From Octopus bimaculoides (lineage: Eukaryota), in assembly GCF_001194135.2 (NCBI RefSeq), contig NC_068983.1, positions 39,589,800 to 39,634,547 on the forward strand: 44,748 nucleotides of DNA, read 5' to 3'. The position numbers and the translations under genes were made by a program. How positions within the stretch are numbered: position 1 is the stretch's first letter; every line of letters starts with the position of its first letter. This document shows positions 1 through 11,949 of this stretch, piece by piece. A model generated the notes under the pieces. That model saw nothing but the letters and a program-made list of their open reading frames with translations. It was not told the DNA's origin and did not search any database.

Positions 1-46
1 ATTTGTCCATTTTCTGTATTTAGCCCTGTGTGGCTATAATAAAAAG

Positions 47-65
47 ATATCTATCTATCTATCTG

Positions 66-108
<43 letters not shown>

Positions 109-480
109 GTCTGTCTATCTGTCTGTCTGTCTGTCTGTCTGTCCATCGACCAATCGATCTGTCTATAAATGCATGTGTCTGTCTCTATTTAACAACCTGT
201 CCGTCCGTTTGTCTGTCTGTCTATCTATCTATCAATCTATCTGTCTGAATATCTATTCATATATATATATATATATATATACATGCTATACATGTGTGTG
301 TGTAATACATGTTTGTGTGTATGTGTGTTTGTGTATATATAGCTAAATTCATACATGCATAAGTATATCTGTACAATGTATGTACGAATATGTACATATA
401 CATACACATAAATATATATGCATAAATACATGCATATTATACGTACGTATGTTACATGTATATGTTAGCGTATGCATAAT
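47..480. repeat. Compound microsatellite field (TATC)n/(TGTC)n/(TA)n/(TG)n
   Basis: Direct reading; ORFs 30..248 and 237..431 are translations of these repeats. Confidence 0.95.
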
Positions 481-1869
481 ATATGTACTCACCTAACATA
501 TCTTTTCTTTGATTTCTTTCTTCATTATTGCGTCTTCCTCATCATACTGTAAACTGTGAGCGATAATAAGTAATAATTGCTTGTTCGATTAAACATTCAA
601 CGAGATTTTCTTTCCTATCATCTTTAAGTCAAGAGCACGTCAGCGTTTTCATACTTATCAATTTCTTAGCTTAGATATTCGCCTTTGGTAACGACGGATT
701 CCATTTTAATTGAAGTTCGACTAGTTTAATATCAATGTTGCACATAGCTGACAAGCAGTTTTAAAGCATTTCGCTTCAGTACTTTTTGGATGTTTACATT
801 AGTTGTTTTTTTTTTATCTAATATTCTTTGGTAGATATTTTTGTATGTATTTGTATTTTCTTAACAAGATCCAAAACTGTTTGTGAGCCACATTTTCTGC
901 TAGAGATGCTTGCAATTTACATCGCGTTCATCGAGGAGTAAAAGAACAAAAACAAAAACAAAAACAAAAAAGACAAAAACAAGACGAAACAAAACGCAAA
1001 CAAAATGAAAAAGAAATATCGATATTTTATCGAACTGTATTATTTTTCAATTAAAAATATCAAGAATTTAAAAATAGTTTATCTACGAAAATAAATTAAG
1101 TTTGACTATTTCATAGACGGTATTTATTCTTGGTACATTAGAGTAGTCAAGTTGGCGCCGAATTCTCCAACACATATGTACATACATACATACATACATA
1201 CATACATACATNNNNNNNNNNNNNNNNNNNNNNNNNNNNNNNNNNNNNNNNNNNNNNNNNNNNNNNNNNNNNNNNNNNNNNNNNNNNNNNNNNNNNNNNN
1301 NNNNNNNNNNNNNNNNNNNNNNNNNNNNNNNNNNNNNNNNNNNNNNNNNNNNNNNNNNNNNNNNNNNNNNNNNNNNNNNNNNNNNNNNNNNNNNNNNNNN
1401 NNNNNNNNNNNNNNNNNNNNNNNNNNNNNNNNNNNNNNNNNNNNNNNNNNNNNNNNNNNNNNNNNNNNNNNNNNNNNNNNNNNNNNNNNNNNNNNNNNNN
1501 NNNNNNNNNNNNNNNNNNNNNNNNNNNNNNNNNNNNNNNNNNNNNNNNNNNNNNNNNNNNNNNNNNNNNNNNNNNNNNNNNNNNNNNNNNNNNNNNNNNN
1601 NNNNNNNNNNNNNNNNNNNNNNNNNNNNNNNNNNNNNNNNNNNNNNNNNNNNNNNNNNNNNNNNNNNNNNNNNNNNNNNNNNNNNNNNNNNNNNNNNNNN
1701 NNNNNNNNNNNNNNNNNNNNNNNNNNNNNNNNNNNNNNNNNNNNNNNNNNNNNNNNNNNNNNNNNNNNNNNNNNNNNNNNNNNNNNNNNNNNNNNNNNNN
1801 NNNNNNNNNNNNNNNNNNNNNNNNNNNNNNNNNNNNNNNNNNNNNNNNNNNNNNNNNNNNNNNNNNNNN

Positions 1870-2608
1870 GGCAAGGAGTCAGTCAATTGAATCAATCCCA
1901 ATACAATGCCTGCAGTTCGGGCGTAAGGGGTCAGTCGATTGAATCAATCCCAATGCAATGCCAGCGGTTTGGGGGTAAGGGGTCAGTCGATTGAATCAAT
2001 CCCAATGCAATGCCAGCGGTTTGGGGGTAAGGGGTCAGTCGATTGAATCAATCAGAATACAATGCCAGCAGTTTGGAGATAAGGGGCCAATCGATTGGAT
2101 CAATCCCAATACAATGCCAGCAGTTGGGGAGTAAGGGGTTAATCGATTGAATCAATCCCAATGCAATGCCAGCGGTTTGGGGGTAAGGGGTCAGTCGATT
2201 GAATCAATCAGAATACAATGCCAGCGGCTTGGAGATAAGGGGCCAATCGATTGGATCAATCCCAATACAATGCCAGCAGTTGGGGAGTAAGGGGTTAATC
2301 GATTGGATCAATCCCAATACAATGCCAGCGGTTTGGGGGTAAGGAGCCAATCAATTGCATGAATCCCAATACAGTGCCAGCGATTTGGGGGCTAAGGAAT
2401 CAGTCGATTGGATCAATCCCATTACAATGGCAGCAGTATGGAGAGTAAGGGGTCAATCGATTAGATGAATCCCAATACAATGACAGTGGGTTTTTTTTTG
2501 GGAGGGGGTAAGGGGTCTATCAACTGAATCAGTCTCCATACAATACCAGTGGTCTGGAGAGTAAGGAGTCAGTCAATTGGATCAATCCCAATACAATGCC
2601 AGCGGTTT
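1870..2608. repeat. 52-bp minisatellite, about 14 units; a further block at about 2716-2781 runs into a gap
   Basis: Unit GTAAGGGGTCAGTCGATTGAATCAATCCCAATGCAATGCCAGCGGTTTGGGG starts at 1923, 1975, 2027, 2079, 2131, 2183, 2235, 2287 and 2339 (period 52). Confidence 0.95.
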
Positions 2609-3138
2609 TATGTCCATTGTTTGGAAATCTTCCGTCACTCATTTGTGTCCTCTTGAGTGACACTTTTCGTTTTAGTGTGTGTTCTTGCTCCACTTACTCC
2701 ATTCTGTTCTGGGGAGGAGTAAGGGGTCAGTCGATTGGATCAATCCCAATACAATGCCAGCGGTTTGTGGGATAAGGAGTCNNNNNNNNNNNNNNNNNNN
2801 NNNNNNNNNNNNNNNNNNNNNNNNNNNNNNNNNNNNNNNNNNNNNNNNNNNNNNNNNNNNNNNNNNNNNNNNNNNNNNNNNNNNNNNNNNNNNNNNNNNN
2901 NNNNNNNNNNNNNNNNNNNNNNNNNNNNNNNNNNNNNNNNNNNNNNNNNNNNNNNNNNNNNNNNNNNNNNNNNNNNNNNNNNNNNNNNNNNNNNNNNNNN
3001 NNNNNNNNNNNNNNNNNNNNNNNNNNNNNNNNNNNNNNNNNNNNNNNNNNNNNNNNNNNNNNNNNNNNNNNNNNNNNNNNNNNNNNNNNNNNNNNNNNNN
3101 NNNNNNNNNNNNNNNNNNNNNNNNNNNNNNNNNNNNNN

Positions 3139-3165
<27 letters not shown>

Positions 3166-3169
<4 letters not shown>

Positions 3170-3320
3170 GACGGGCTTCTTTCAGTTTCCGTCTACCAAA
3201 TCCACTCACAAGGATTTGGACGGTCCGAAGCTTATAGTAGGAAACACCTACCCAAGTGCTACGTAGTGGGACTGAACCTAGAACTGTATGGTCGGGGAGC
3301 AAACTTCTTACCACACACCC
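3166..3320 (-). mobile_element. tRNA-derived SINE family A, head region
   Basis: Reverse complement matches the head of the full copy at 11950-12112. Confidence 0.85.
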
Positions 3321-3679
3321 ATTCATAAAATTACTAAATGCCAGTAACAATCGCTAATCCTAATCTAGAAGCGACGGCCAGCAGCTATGAGAGTAAGAGG
3401 TCAGGCAATTACTTGACTTCTCCTTCTGCATTCATTGTTACTTACATCAATACGACTTTATAGATATAGAAACTAGAAGCTAAGAGACAGACAGACAGGT
3501 TTGAAGCAGATCTGGAGTTTAGAAAGCATGTCATGGATGAGATCGCAAATGGCGACAAAATACTTAGAGAAAGGACTGACTTGTTGATTAACTGAACGGT
3601 TAATCAAATCATCGATTAGTTAATACTTATACAATTAGCTAATAAATATTGATTTCAAATTTTGGCTCAAAGTTTATTT

Positions 3680-3820
3680 TATCTGGTGCTTATTTTATCG
3701 ACCTTGAAAGAACGAAAGGCAATATCGACCGCGGTGGTATTTGAACTCAATGTAAATGCGGGACGAAATGTCGCTAAGTATTTCATTCGGTGCGGTAACG
3801 GTTTTGCTAATTCACCGCCC
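3680..3820 (-). mobile_element. SINE family B, degenerate copy
   Basis: GAAAGGCAATATCGACCGCGGTGGTATTTGAACTC...TTCACCGCC matches the reverse complement of the family B copies at 23.4-24.0 kb. Confidence 0.75.
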
Positions 3821-3929
3821 TAATTATCAAATATAACGTAACTCTCAGGGAAATTAATAATAATAGTGATATTATTAATAATAATAACAACAATATGAAT
3901 ATCGATAATATTAATAGTAGTAATTCTCC

Positions 3930-4357
3930 TAGATGCAATTAGAGTTATGTACCACTGTTCATTATTAGGTCGAGGTTTAACCCAAAACGTAATTCATAAA
4001 TGTACAATCATAATTATATCTGGTAACTTTATATATATAGAATGTTCTGCTAATATGAAAGAACGTATTTATAACTATTTTTCCTCTTTTAATCTCAAAC
4101 ATAAAGCTAATTGTACGTCATTATCTGGTAAGATTTGGGAACTGAAGGAAAGCGGGATCGAGTTTAGCCTTAAATGGGAAATGATAAGGAAGGCGTATCC
4201 TTATAGAAATAGTAGATACGGGTGCAAGCTGTGCGCTTTGGAGACATATGAGATTTTTAAGCATAAGGACAAGAGCAACCTGATTAACAATAAATTAGAC
4301 CTAAGGGTATCATGCGTACATAGTATCACCCGTACATTTAAATATTTTCGAAATTAG
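3930..4357 (+). pseudogene. Penelope-like retroelement GIY-YIG endonuclease C-terminal remnant
   Basis: ORF 3947..4357: GRGLTQNVIHKCTI..IYIEC..MKERIYNYFSSF..NCTSLSGKIWELK..FSLKWEMIRKAYPY..CKLCALETYEI..LINNKLDL..CVH follows the PLE GIY-YIG pattern (CL-x3-VIY..YIG..K-x-R..T-x-LS-x2-IW-x-LK..W-x-I..PY..C-x-LC-x2-E..LN..C-x-H). VIY is changed to VIH and YIG to YIE; no RT is visible upstream. Confidence 0.85.
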
Positions 4358-5024
4358 CGTTTTATAGGTGTTGTGCTTGAACTGGATTGATGGAAACTGA
4401 TTTCTAATTTTTAGTGTTGTATCTTATTATACTTACCCTCTAGTATTATATATATATATATATCAATAAATGAATCATGCGATATTGCGTTATATGACGA
4501 ATTAAAGTACATGGCATATATTATAAGCTATATGGTATAGTAAGTTAGTGTGCTTCATGGAGTTACTATCCTATGAATATTCCTGTCTAGTTAGTCTAAC
4601 TTCATCGTGGTTTTAGTAAACTATTTATTCCTTTCTATAGTGTTCCACCCTACTGATCATATTATTACTTTTATAAAGGCCTTTATGTAAGTAGACCTCC
4701 TAATTATTTACCCCTAGGAAACTATATTATCATGTATGTATCAGCACTAGTAACTTTACAACTCAACTCATGATATACTTCTTAGCTTATAATTAATATA
4801 TAATTAGAAATATAATATTTCTAAATCTCTCAGAGAGATTTAAGCAGTAGTGGAGCGACAAAGTTGTAGTATATTGTCAACTTAATGTGACAATCCCAAT
4901 AAGGGAATACACTACTGCTGTTTAGCCCTAGGAAGCTGGACCACTTCCTGTCGGCCTTGACACAATTACTGTGTCCTTAAGTTTGTGAAGGGGAGACAAG
5001 CTCCCCCACCCAGCCTAGCCAGCA

Positions 5025-5067
5025 TTCAGGGACATGTTTCTGAGTCTTTGCTCGTCATCAGCCTGAA
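5025..5067 (-). ncRNA. Type I minimal hammerhead ribozyme (inverted copy)
   Basis: Exact reverse complement of 5322-5364. Confidence 0.8.
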
Positions 5068-5321
5068 GTAGCTTGCCAGCTGGATAGAGAAGCCTGTTTC
5101 TCCTTCACAAACTTATGTAAATCATAGTGTATTCCCTTATTGGGATTGTCACATTAAGTTGACAATATACTACAACTTTGTCGCTCCACTACTGCTTAAA
5201 TCTCTCTGAGAGATTTAGAAATATCATATTTCTAATTTTGCTGATCAGTGAATGAACTTCACTATGATTTACATAAGTTTGTGAAGGAGAAACAGGCTCC
5301 TCTAATTAGCTGGTAAGCTAC

Positions 5322-5364
5322 TTCAGGCTGATGACGAGCAAAGACTCAGAAACATGTCCCTGAA
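5322..5364 (+). ncRNA. Type I minimal hammerhead ribozyme
   Basis: Stem I TTCAGG(5322-27)/CCTGAA(5359-64); CTGATGA(5328-34); stem II C-GAG-caaaga-CTC-A; GAAA(5349-52); palindromic stem III ACATGT; GUC triplet, predicted cut after 5358. Confidence 0.8.
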
Positions 5365-8300
5365 TGCTGGCTAGGCTGGGTGGGGGAGCTTGTCTCCCCT
5401 TCACAAACGTAAGGACACAGTAATTGTGTCAAGGCCGACAGGAAGCGGTCCAGCTTCCCAGGGCTAAACAGCAGTAGTGTATTCCCTTATTGGGATTGTC
5501 ACATTAAGTTGACAATATACTACAAATTAATATATAGTTAGCATGTTTTATCACCCCAATATTCCATTAGTAAATACTTAGACCAGTCTTTATAGATACC
5601 CGCCAATAAGTAAATAATCAAGTATATGATAGAATATTAAACTAATTCTATGCAATCTTTTCTTTCTATTGTGGATAATATGGTATATTTACTTCATCAT
5701 GGTTTTAGTGATTAAACTATTTATTCCTTTCTATGGTGTTCTACCCTACTGGTCATATTATTATTTTTATGATGACCTTTATGTAAGTAGACCTCCTAAT
5801 TATGTACCCCAAGGAAATTATATTAGTTTGTATATAATAGCACCGGTAACTTCACAACTTATACCTCTTAGCTCATAATTAATATATAGTTAGCATGTTT
5901 TATCGCTCCAGTATTCCATTAGTAAATACCGGGATCAGTCTTTATAGGTACCACCTAATAAGTAAATTAAGTATATGAATAAATATTAAACTAATTCTAT
6001 ATAATTTTCTCTCTCTATTGTTGAAAAGTTTGGAAAACATACAAAATTTATCTTTTTGGTTATAATATCTTTCTTGATAATCCTAAATTTTATCTTTATA
6101 CAACATAACAATATTGTTTAAAATCAATCATCTATAGCATGATAATATTTCCTCTGTATTATCATCATTAGTTTTATTGGCGTCGTGCCCCTTTAACTCT
6201 TAATTAACATTTTGATTTGAGGTGTTCCACTACCCAACCTCCTTATAGTCAGTTACTTTATACTACTTCAAAATAATCTATGTTCTGTCAACTCTCTCCT
6301 GCCCTTTCCTTACAAACACAATCCTCTAGTCTTAGATTTGATAATTGATAAACATGACTAATAAATTAAAACTGAACCAAAATCCGTTACACGCTATGAC
6401 CCCAACAAAATTTTTTCCTAATGTCTAGTAAATTCTAAGCCGAAGTAGTGGCAGCATGGTCTTTGTCTGACTTCTTACTCTATTAGAGTATTTAAGTAAA
6501 ATTATATTAATGTGTGCAACTGATTTAAAAATTCTATTTATTTATTTATGCAGCCGAGGATAGCCCTGTAGTTAAATTGATGTAACGATTGCATTGTTCA
6601 ATTAAATAGAGCTGCTTGAAACGGTCGTACTACATCACCTCTGGGTATCTTGTTGCTTATTTTAATTATATATATATGAAGTCATGTCCACTGGCTAAAT
6701 CACTGCAAATAATACACATTTCTTTTCATAGGATAAATATAACAGAATACAAATATAAGCGAGACATCGGGATAATAAGTACAAGTGTTGATTAAGTGAC
6801 TAATGTTAAGCATCTTTCAATCTTTCATAATCCAAATCTGAGTAAATAGGATTGATATCGAACTTGAGGATTGAGCTTCCAGAAAACATTCTCGTTCTGT
6901 AACTACCTAACCAGGGCTTCACAGGAAGACAAGATAATTGTATTTTTATTGAACAAAAAATGACAACATTTTCAACAAATATATTACAAAACCAAATATG
7001 ACTATTTGAGTTTTCTCGCTCTAGATAGAGCATACTCACTGCTTCTTGGTTCCGGTTCCGGAAGGTAGTTTATAACAAGCGTTTGAAGCAAACGGGAAAT
7101 TGTATCAACTCATAAATGTTCCTTTCTGTATCACGAATGATATTTCCGCGTTTCAGCGAATAAAATACCTAAGGATATATGTAACTTGGATAGAATGACA
7201 GTCAGAGAAGAGAAGAAGAACACGGTGGAAGCGTCGCTAATGAATCAGGTTTCAAGTTAAATGATAGTTAAAAGGCATTATTGATATTAACGAAATTAAT
7301 CTTCTTCGATATACTATCTCCCAAGGAAATGTCTTTCTCGTTCGGAATGACTGAAACAGCTGTAGGGAATGATATAGTTAGCTTCTAGATCGAAATAAAA
7401 CATTTCTTTTATCACATTCTCTGTAGAACACGTTTGAAGATTCGAGAAAGGAAATTGAAAATGTAACTCTACGAGCTATCGAAGAAAACATTGAATTTGT
7501 ATTGGAAATAGATGCATTATAAAAGTATTTTGTTGCTAGAGTGAATCAAGGAAGACGCCATGTTGCCTTCTTTGCATGTATATTAAATCTATGTGAATAA
7601 AATCACGCGACAAATAGAAGAGAAGTGTTGTAGTTTATATACAATTCATGTGTACATTGGGTACCTATATACGTATGAGTCTCTAAACGATGAAATACAA
7701 TAACGAATCGTTTTTCCGAAGAATATTAAATTCGTGTAAGGAGCTGAAATTTAGCCAACGAACTGTGAGCCGACTACGCACACGTTTAAAAGTTACAAGC
7801 TGAGCGAGTTGAAATTTTGACAACAAACCATACACAGGCTACTCGCATGTATACGTGCATGGATAACGTACACGAACAGTATGATAAATGAGCTATTTTG
7901 ATAGCGAACGATTTTTTAAAGAAAATTTTAACCAACAAGCTGAAATTTGAGCAACAAATCACGAGTAGATTGACTAGGAAAAAGTGTTCAAATGGTTCGT
8001 TAATGTCAATGTGCAAATTTCATGTAGCTTGAAAATATTCATATGTTATATTGAAAATATTTCTCATAATCTTTGCTAAAAACATATGTCGATAGAAGCG
8101 AGACAGGAAAAACGCGCTCCCCACTCCAACACATGTATTCATATGCATGTATATTTATGTATTTATTACAGACGGATGGACAAATAAAACGTCATTTCAT
8201 ACCTTTCTATTGAGTTTGGATGTGTCTTGGAATGGACTATTTCTATTTAGATATATTATAGTCACTCATGTAACGAAGAATTTAGTTAACGAACAGGACT

Positions 8301-8469
8301 CCGGTGTAGATTTTGTGTATGTATATAGAGGCCCTACAGTATGTATAAAAAGCTCTGGAAGATAAAACAAAAATAAATCTTCGATAAATGTTGGCTTTAA
8401 CAGTCGTAATATTATTTATGATGAAGGCAAAAATATGGTTCGATATTTTTCAAGACGTCGTTAACTTCC

Positions 8470-8585
8470 ACACAGTTTCCGTCAGCCGATTTCACTTATG
8501 TGGCATTGGTCGGCCCGGGACTATATTAGATGATACTTGACCAAGGTGGCACGCTGTAAGACTGAATCCGAAACCACATGACTGG
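8470..8585 (-). mobile_element. SINE family A, degenerate head
   Basis: TTGGTCGGCCCGGGACTATA..CCAAGGTGGCACGC..GACTGAATCCGAAACCACATG matches the reverse complement of the family A head. Confidence 0.7.
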
Positions 8586-10308
8586 TTCAATTAAGCAATT
8601 ACGTAACTTTTACCAACCAATTCAGTATCGTAATTAAGGGGAAATAATACACATCTTCCCTTTAGTGATATATTGAAGAAAAGTAAATTTTAAAACTATA
8701 TGTCCGAAATCATTCTAACTTTTGTATCATGTAGAGATCTGGAAACCGATACCCAAAACAAGCATTTGCCCAAAAGACAAGCTGTATTGTTTTATAAATA
8801 CAAAGCATCAAGTGTTATATATCTTTTGATATTTTTATTAAGCAGGATACGATATTTAAACACACCTTGCTGTAACAGTTAACAATACTATACGGTTACC
8901 AACAGACATGACGTTCAATTTCATAAGCGATGTTACAAATACTTCCTGCCTTTGTACGTCTCACACACACACGCACGCACGCGTGCACAAACACATAGTA
9001 CCATATTGTGCAGCCTGAGGTCGTCGTCGACAGGACAGGTCACTGGTGTGAGTAACAGCAGCTTGTACCCTAATTTGCATGGGTACTTTTGCGATTTTAC
9101 CCTGGTTTAATGATTACCATTAGTATGAAGTTTACAGCATCAAGTGTTTAACCCCCCCCCCCCNNNNNNNNNNTGAAGTTTACAGCATCAAGTGTTTAAC
9201 CCCCCCCCCGTATGCAACATAGTAAATTTTTCTCGTTTCTTTCTCTCCGTTACTCTCATGATAACTTCGACACCTGACGCGTGGTACACCGTGCACCTGT
9301 GCAGGTAACATCGATTCGATGGCGAGAGTGAGCTAATGTACGGCACAATCATTTGATTACTAAAAACAAAAAACAAATCATTTGTGCAGGTCGTTCAACA
9401 AAAGCTGAACACTTATACATAGTCTTCGACGAGAGAGTCCGTATTAAGGCTACCATTGGTTTGATGTTTAGAAAAATAGAAAAAAATACCTTTATATCTT
9501 AACTATGTATATATACATAGTAGACAATTCATAAACGAATAAAAATAGACATAAAACCAGGAATAAGAACAGAAGTCAAAAGGACATACACAATGAATGT
9601 ATTAGATAGACACTCAAAGAAAGCTTAGATGGAAAAAGTGGAATGCAACGTTTCGAACATGGCCCTTCTTCAGAAAATGGAAAGAGGAAAAAGTCCAGAG
9701 GGAAGGAAAAGGATAGTCCGAGAAACGCATATGTATGTATGCACGTGTGCGTACTTTCATCATTTTACTTCTCTTTAGGAATTTAGTCAGCAATATACTC
9801 CAGTGTATTACTTATTTTAACGATCATTGTTTTTGGAATGGTTGGGTTATTTTCGAAATAAAATGATGGCGCTCGATGAACTAGTAAACACAGTTAGTTA
9901 TATACATAAACACAATGGCTTCTACACAGGTTCCAGCTATCAATTTCCATTGAAAGCATTGAACAACGTATAACATATATACATCTATATGTGAATATGC
10001 TTACATTTACTTAAAAACACCCCTAAACTAATTGGTTGTTTGTCACAAGCATCACGAAGTAACTTTAATAAAAATATTTAATAATGTCCATATATGTCTG
10101 ACGTTCTAAAAACTGTTCAAGAAAATATATTAAAGTTGCCCATGGCACCAACTGTATCAATCAATCGCTTTTAATTAGTCGCTTCAGTGTTACTAACACT
10201 TGTTAGTGATACACTTGTTACTACAGGGTTTGTTATCTCTTTTAATATGTCCCGCCAGTATAAATATATTTTACTGAAATAACGTGCAGACACAGTATAA
10301 ACAACAAT

Positions 10309-10339
<31 letters not shown>

Positions 10340-10717
10340 GTTCTAAAATTAGTTTATTTTTTTTTTACTTCAGTCTTTTAGTATATCCTTGCTGTGTTGT
10401 GTTCACATTATAATTATCCAATTATTATTTTAGTGTATACTTTTTTAAAACATAAATAACACTTAATTGAAATTTCGACTTATTTTGACTGAGATAAAAC
10501 CAATTTTCATAGCGTTTGACATATGTGGATATAATTGAAAGGAGTACATTGTATTACTGGTAGTTGTTATTTTATTGATCCTGGATGGAGGGAAGGAAAG
10601 ATCGATTCTGGGAAGGGCGAACTTAGAAAGATTAACCGAAAGTAAAACTGTTTTCAGATTCAGTGACTAAGAATTTAGTTTGGCAATCACGCAATTTTGG
10701 GATATTTTAATCTTTTA

Positions 10718-10969
10718 ATATTTCGGTCATTAGACTGCGGCCATGCCGAAGCACTGCCTTGAAAAGTTTTTAATCGATTCAATCAACCCCAGTACTTATT
10801 TTTTTCTTTTTTAAGGTTGATACTTATTCTATCGGTTTCATTTTCGCCGAACCGCTAAGTTACGGGGATATAAGCACACCAACACCAGCTGTCAAGCGGT
10901 GGTGAGGGACAAACACAGGCACAAACACAAGCACACACACACACACACACTCACACAGACACAGACACA

Positions 10970-11033
<64 letters not shown>

Positions 11034-11151
11034 ATGGGCTTCTTTTAATTTTCGTTTGCCAAATTTACTCACAAGGCTTTGGTAGGCCCGAGGCTATAGC
11101 AGAAGACACCTTCTCCAATGTGCCACGCAGTGGGACTGAACCCGGAACCAT
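10718..11151 (-). mobile_element. SINE family A, near full length, internal (AC)n
   Basis: Head, microsatellite and 3' half are colinear with the reverse complement of 11950-12352. Confidence 0.9.
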
Positions 11152-11699
11152 ATTTGTTGTTTCCTAATAGTATTTTGGGTCGACCACAGCTTTTTGAGAG
11201 CGACACAGTAGAAGGAAAGAGATAATGGCTAAAAGTGATATGAAGGGTACTCGCGTCTCACCTTATTTATAAAGCATCCGGTTGGGAAGTTTCAGAGCTC
11301 TGACCTTGTTCTTTATAAACTCTTTCAAACAATCAAGTTTGATGTGGCTGATGTCCATTTAAATCAACCACGGATCAGTGTCTGTGATTGAGAAGAGAAC
11401 TGTGAATCTGTTCCGGATGTTTACAACATGGTCAGCTGTAATAAAAGTAGCGAAGGGACAATAGTTGATGTTCGACCAAGCGACTTTGCAGTCAACGTAG
11501 AAAAACGTGTAGCTCCTCGGGAAGTTTGTGACAGAATGAATATCATCTAAAAGCACCAAAGCATCTGAAACCAATCTTGAAATATACTAACGCGTTTCAA
11601 AGAATTTCATAATTCTATTATATCTTCAATTTCAATTCCTGCTCAGTTTGATTCGTACTTGGTATCATTTCAGCTCGATAACTGAATGTCTTCAGGTGT

Positions 11700-11730
<31 letters not shown>

Positions 11731-11949
11731 TCAAATTTAAATTACGATGAACGTAAACAAACAAACGAAGTTTGCTTTGGAAACGTTGAGATGTCTTAGA
11801 AAGTTAAAGAAGTGATTTTAAATTCTCAAACGCAGGATAATGCTAATAATATAGCCTGAACAGGATAAGCTACTCCTATTTTGCAGAAAAAAGTGTTGGC
11901 GGCCGGCTATGAGACGCGACCTCACACCTCCGTGATATATATATATGTG

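Larger units (their letters stand above)
4803..5524. mobile_element. Non-autonomous hammerhead-bearing retroelement (retrozyme/mini-Penelope-like), foldback structure, 12-bp TSD
   Basis: TSD AATTAATATATA at 4791-4802 and 5525-5536. Inverted pairs 4803-4914/5125-5236 (112 bp) and 4864-5129/5260-5525 (266 bp). Direct repeat 5125-5175/5475-5525 (period 350). Confidence 0.85.
4598..6022. repeat. Two diverged tandem copies of a ~350-bp unit; the first is split by the 4803-5524 insertion
   Basis: 4598-4802 aligns with 5690-5888 and 5537-5670 aligns with 5889-6022. Confidence 0.9.

Noticed and set aside
1870-2608. 52-bp repeats with internal palindromes as a CRISPR-like array
   Set aside because: Units are contiguous with no unique spacers, there are no cas genes, and the context is eukaryotic.
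5070-5312. Clustered differences between the two HHR-unit copies as fossil A-to-I editing
   Set aside because: Only about eight differences, in mixed directions and including transversions; not separable from ordinary mutation or a template switch.
6022-6420. Possible Penelope RT remnant on the minus strand
   Set aside because: Hand translation gave multiple stops and no RT motif.
6551-6630. CCGAGGA..GAAACGGTC hammerhead-like spacing
   Set aside because: U4 is absent, and stems I and II are unconvincing.
9125-9209. Direct duplication of about 40 bp around a short N gap
   Set aside because: Typical scaffolding overlap artefact at a minimal gap.
9645-9690. HHR-like motif on minus: CTGAAGA-A-GGGC-cat-GTTC-GAAACGTT
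   Set aside because: Stem I does not form; at most a decayed PLE terminus.
11574-11635. Minus-strand TTGAAGA..AGAATT/AATTCT..GAAACGCGTTA
   Set aside because: C3 change is uncompensated and there are several extra junction nucleotides; AT-rich pairing could be chance.
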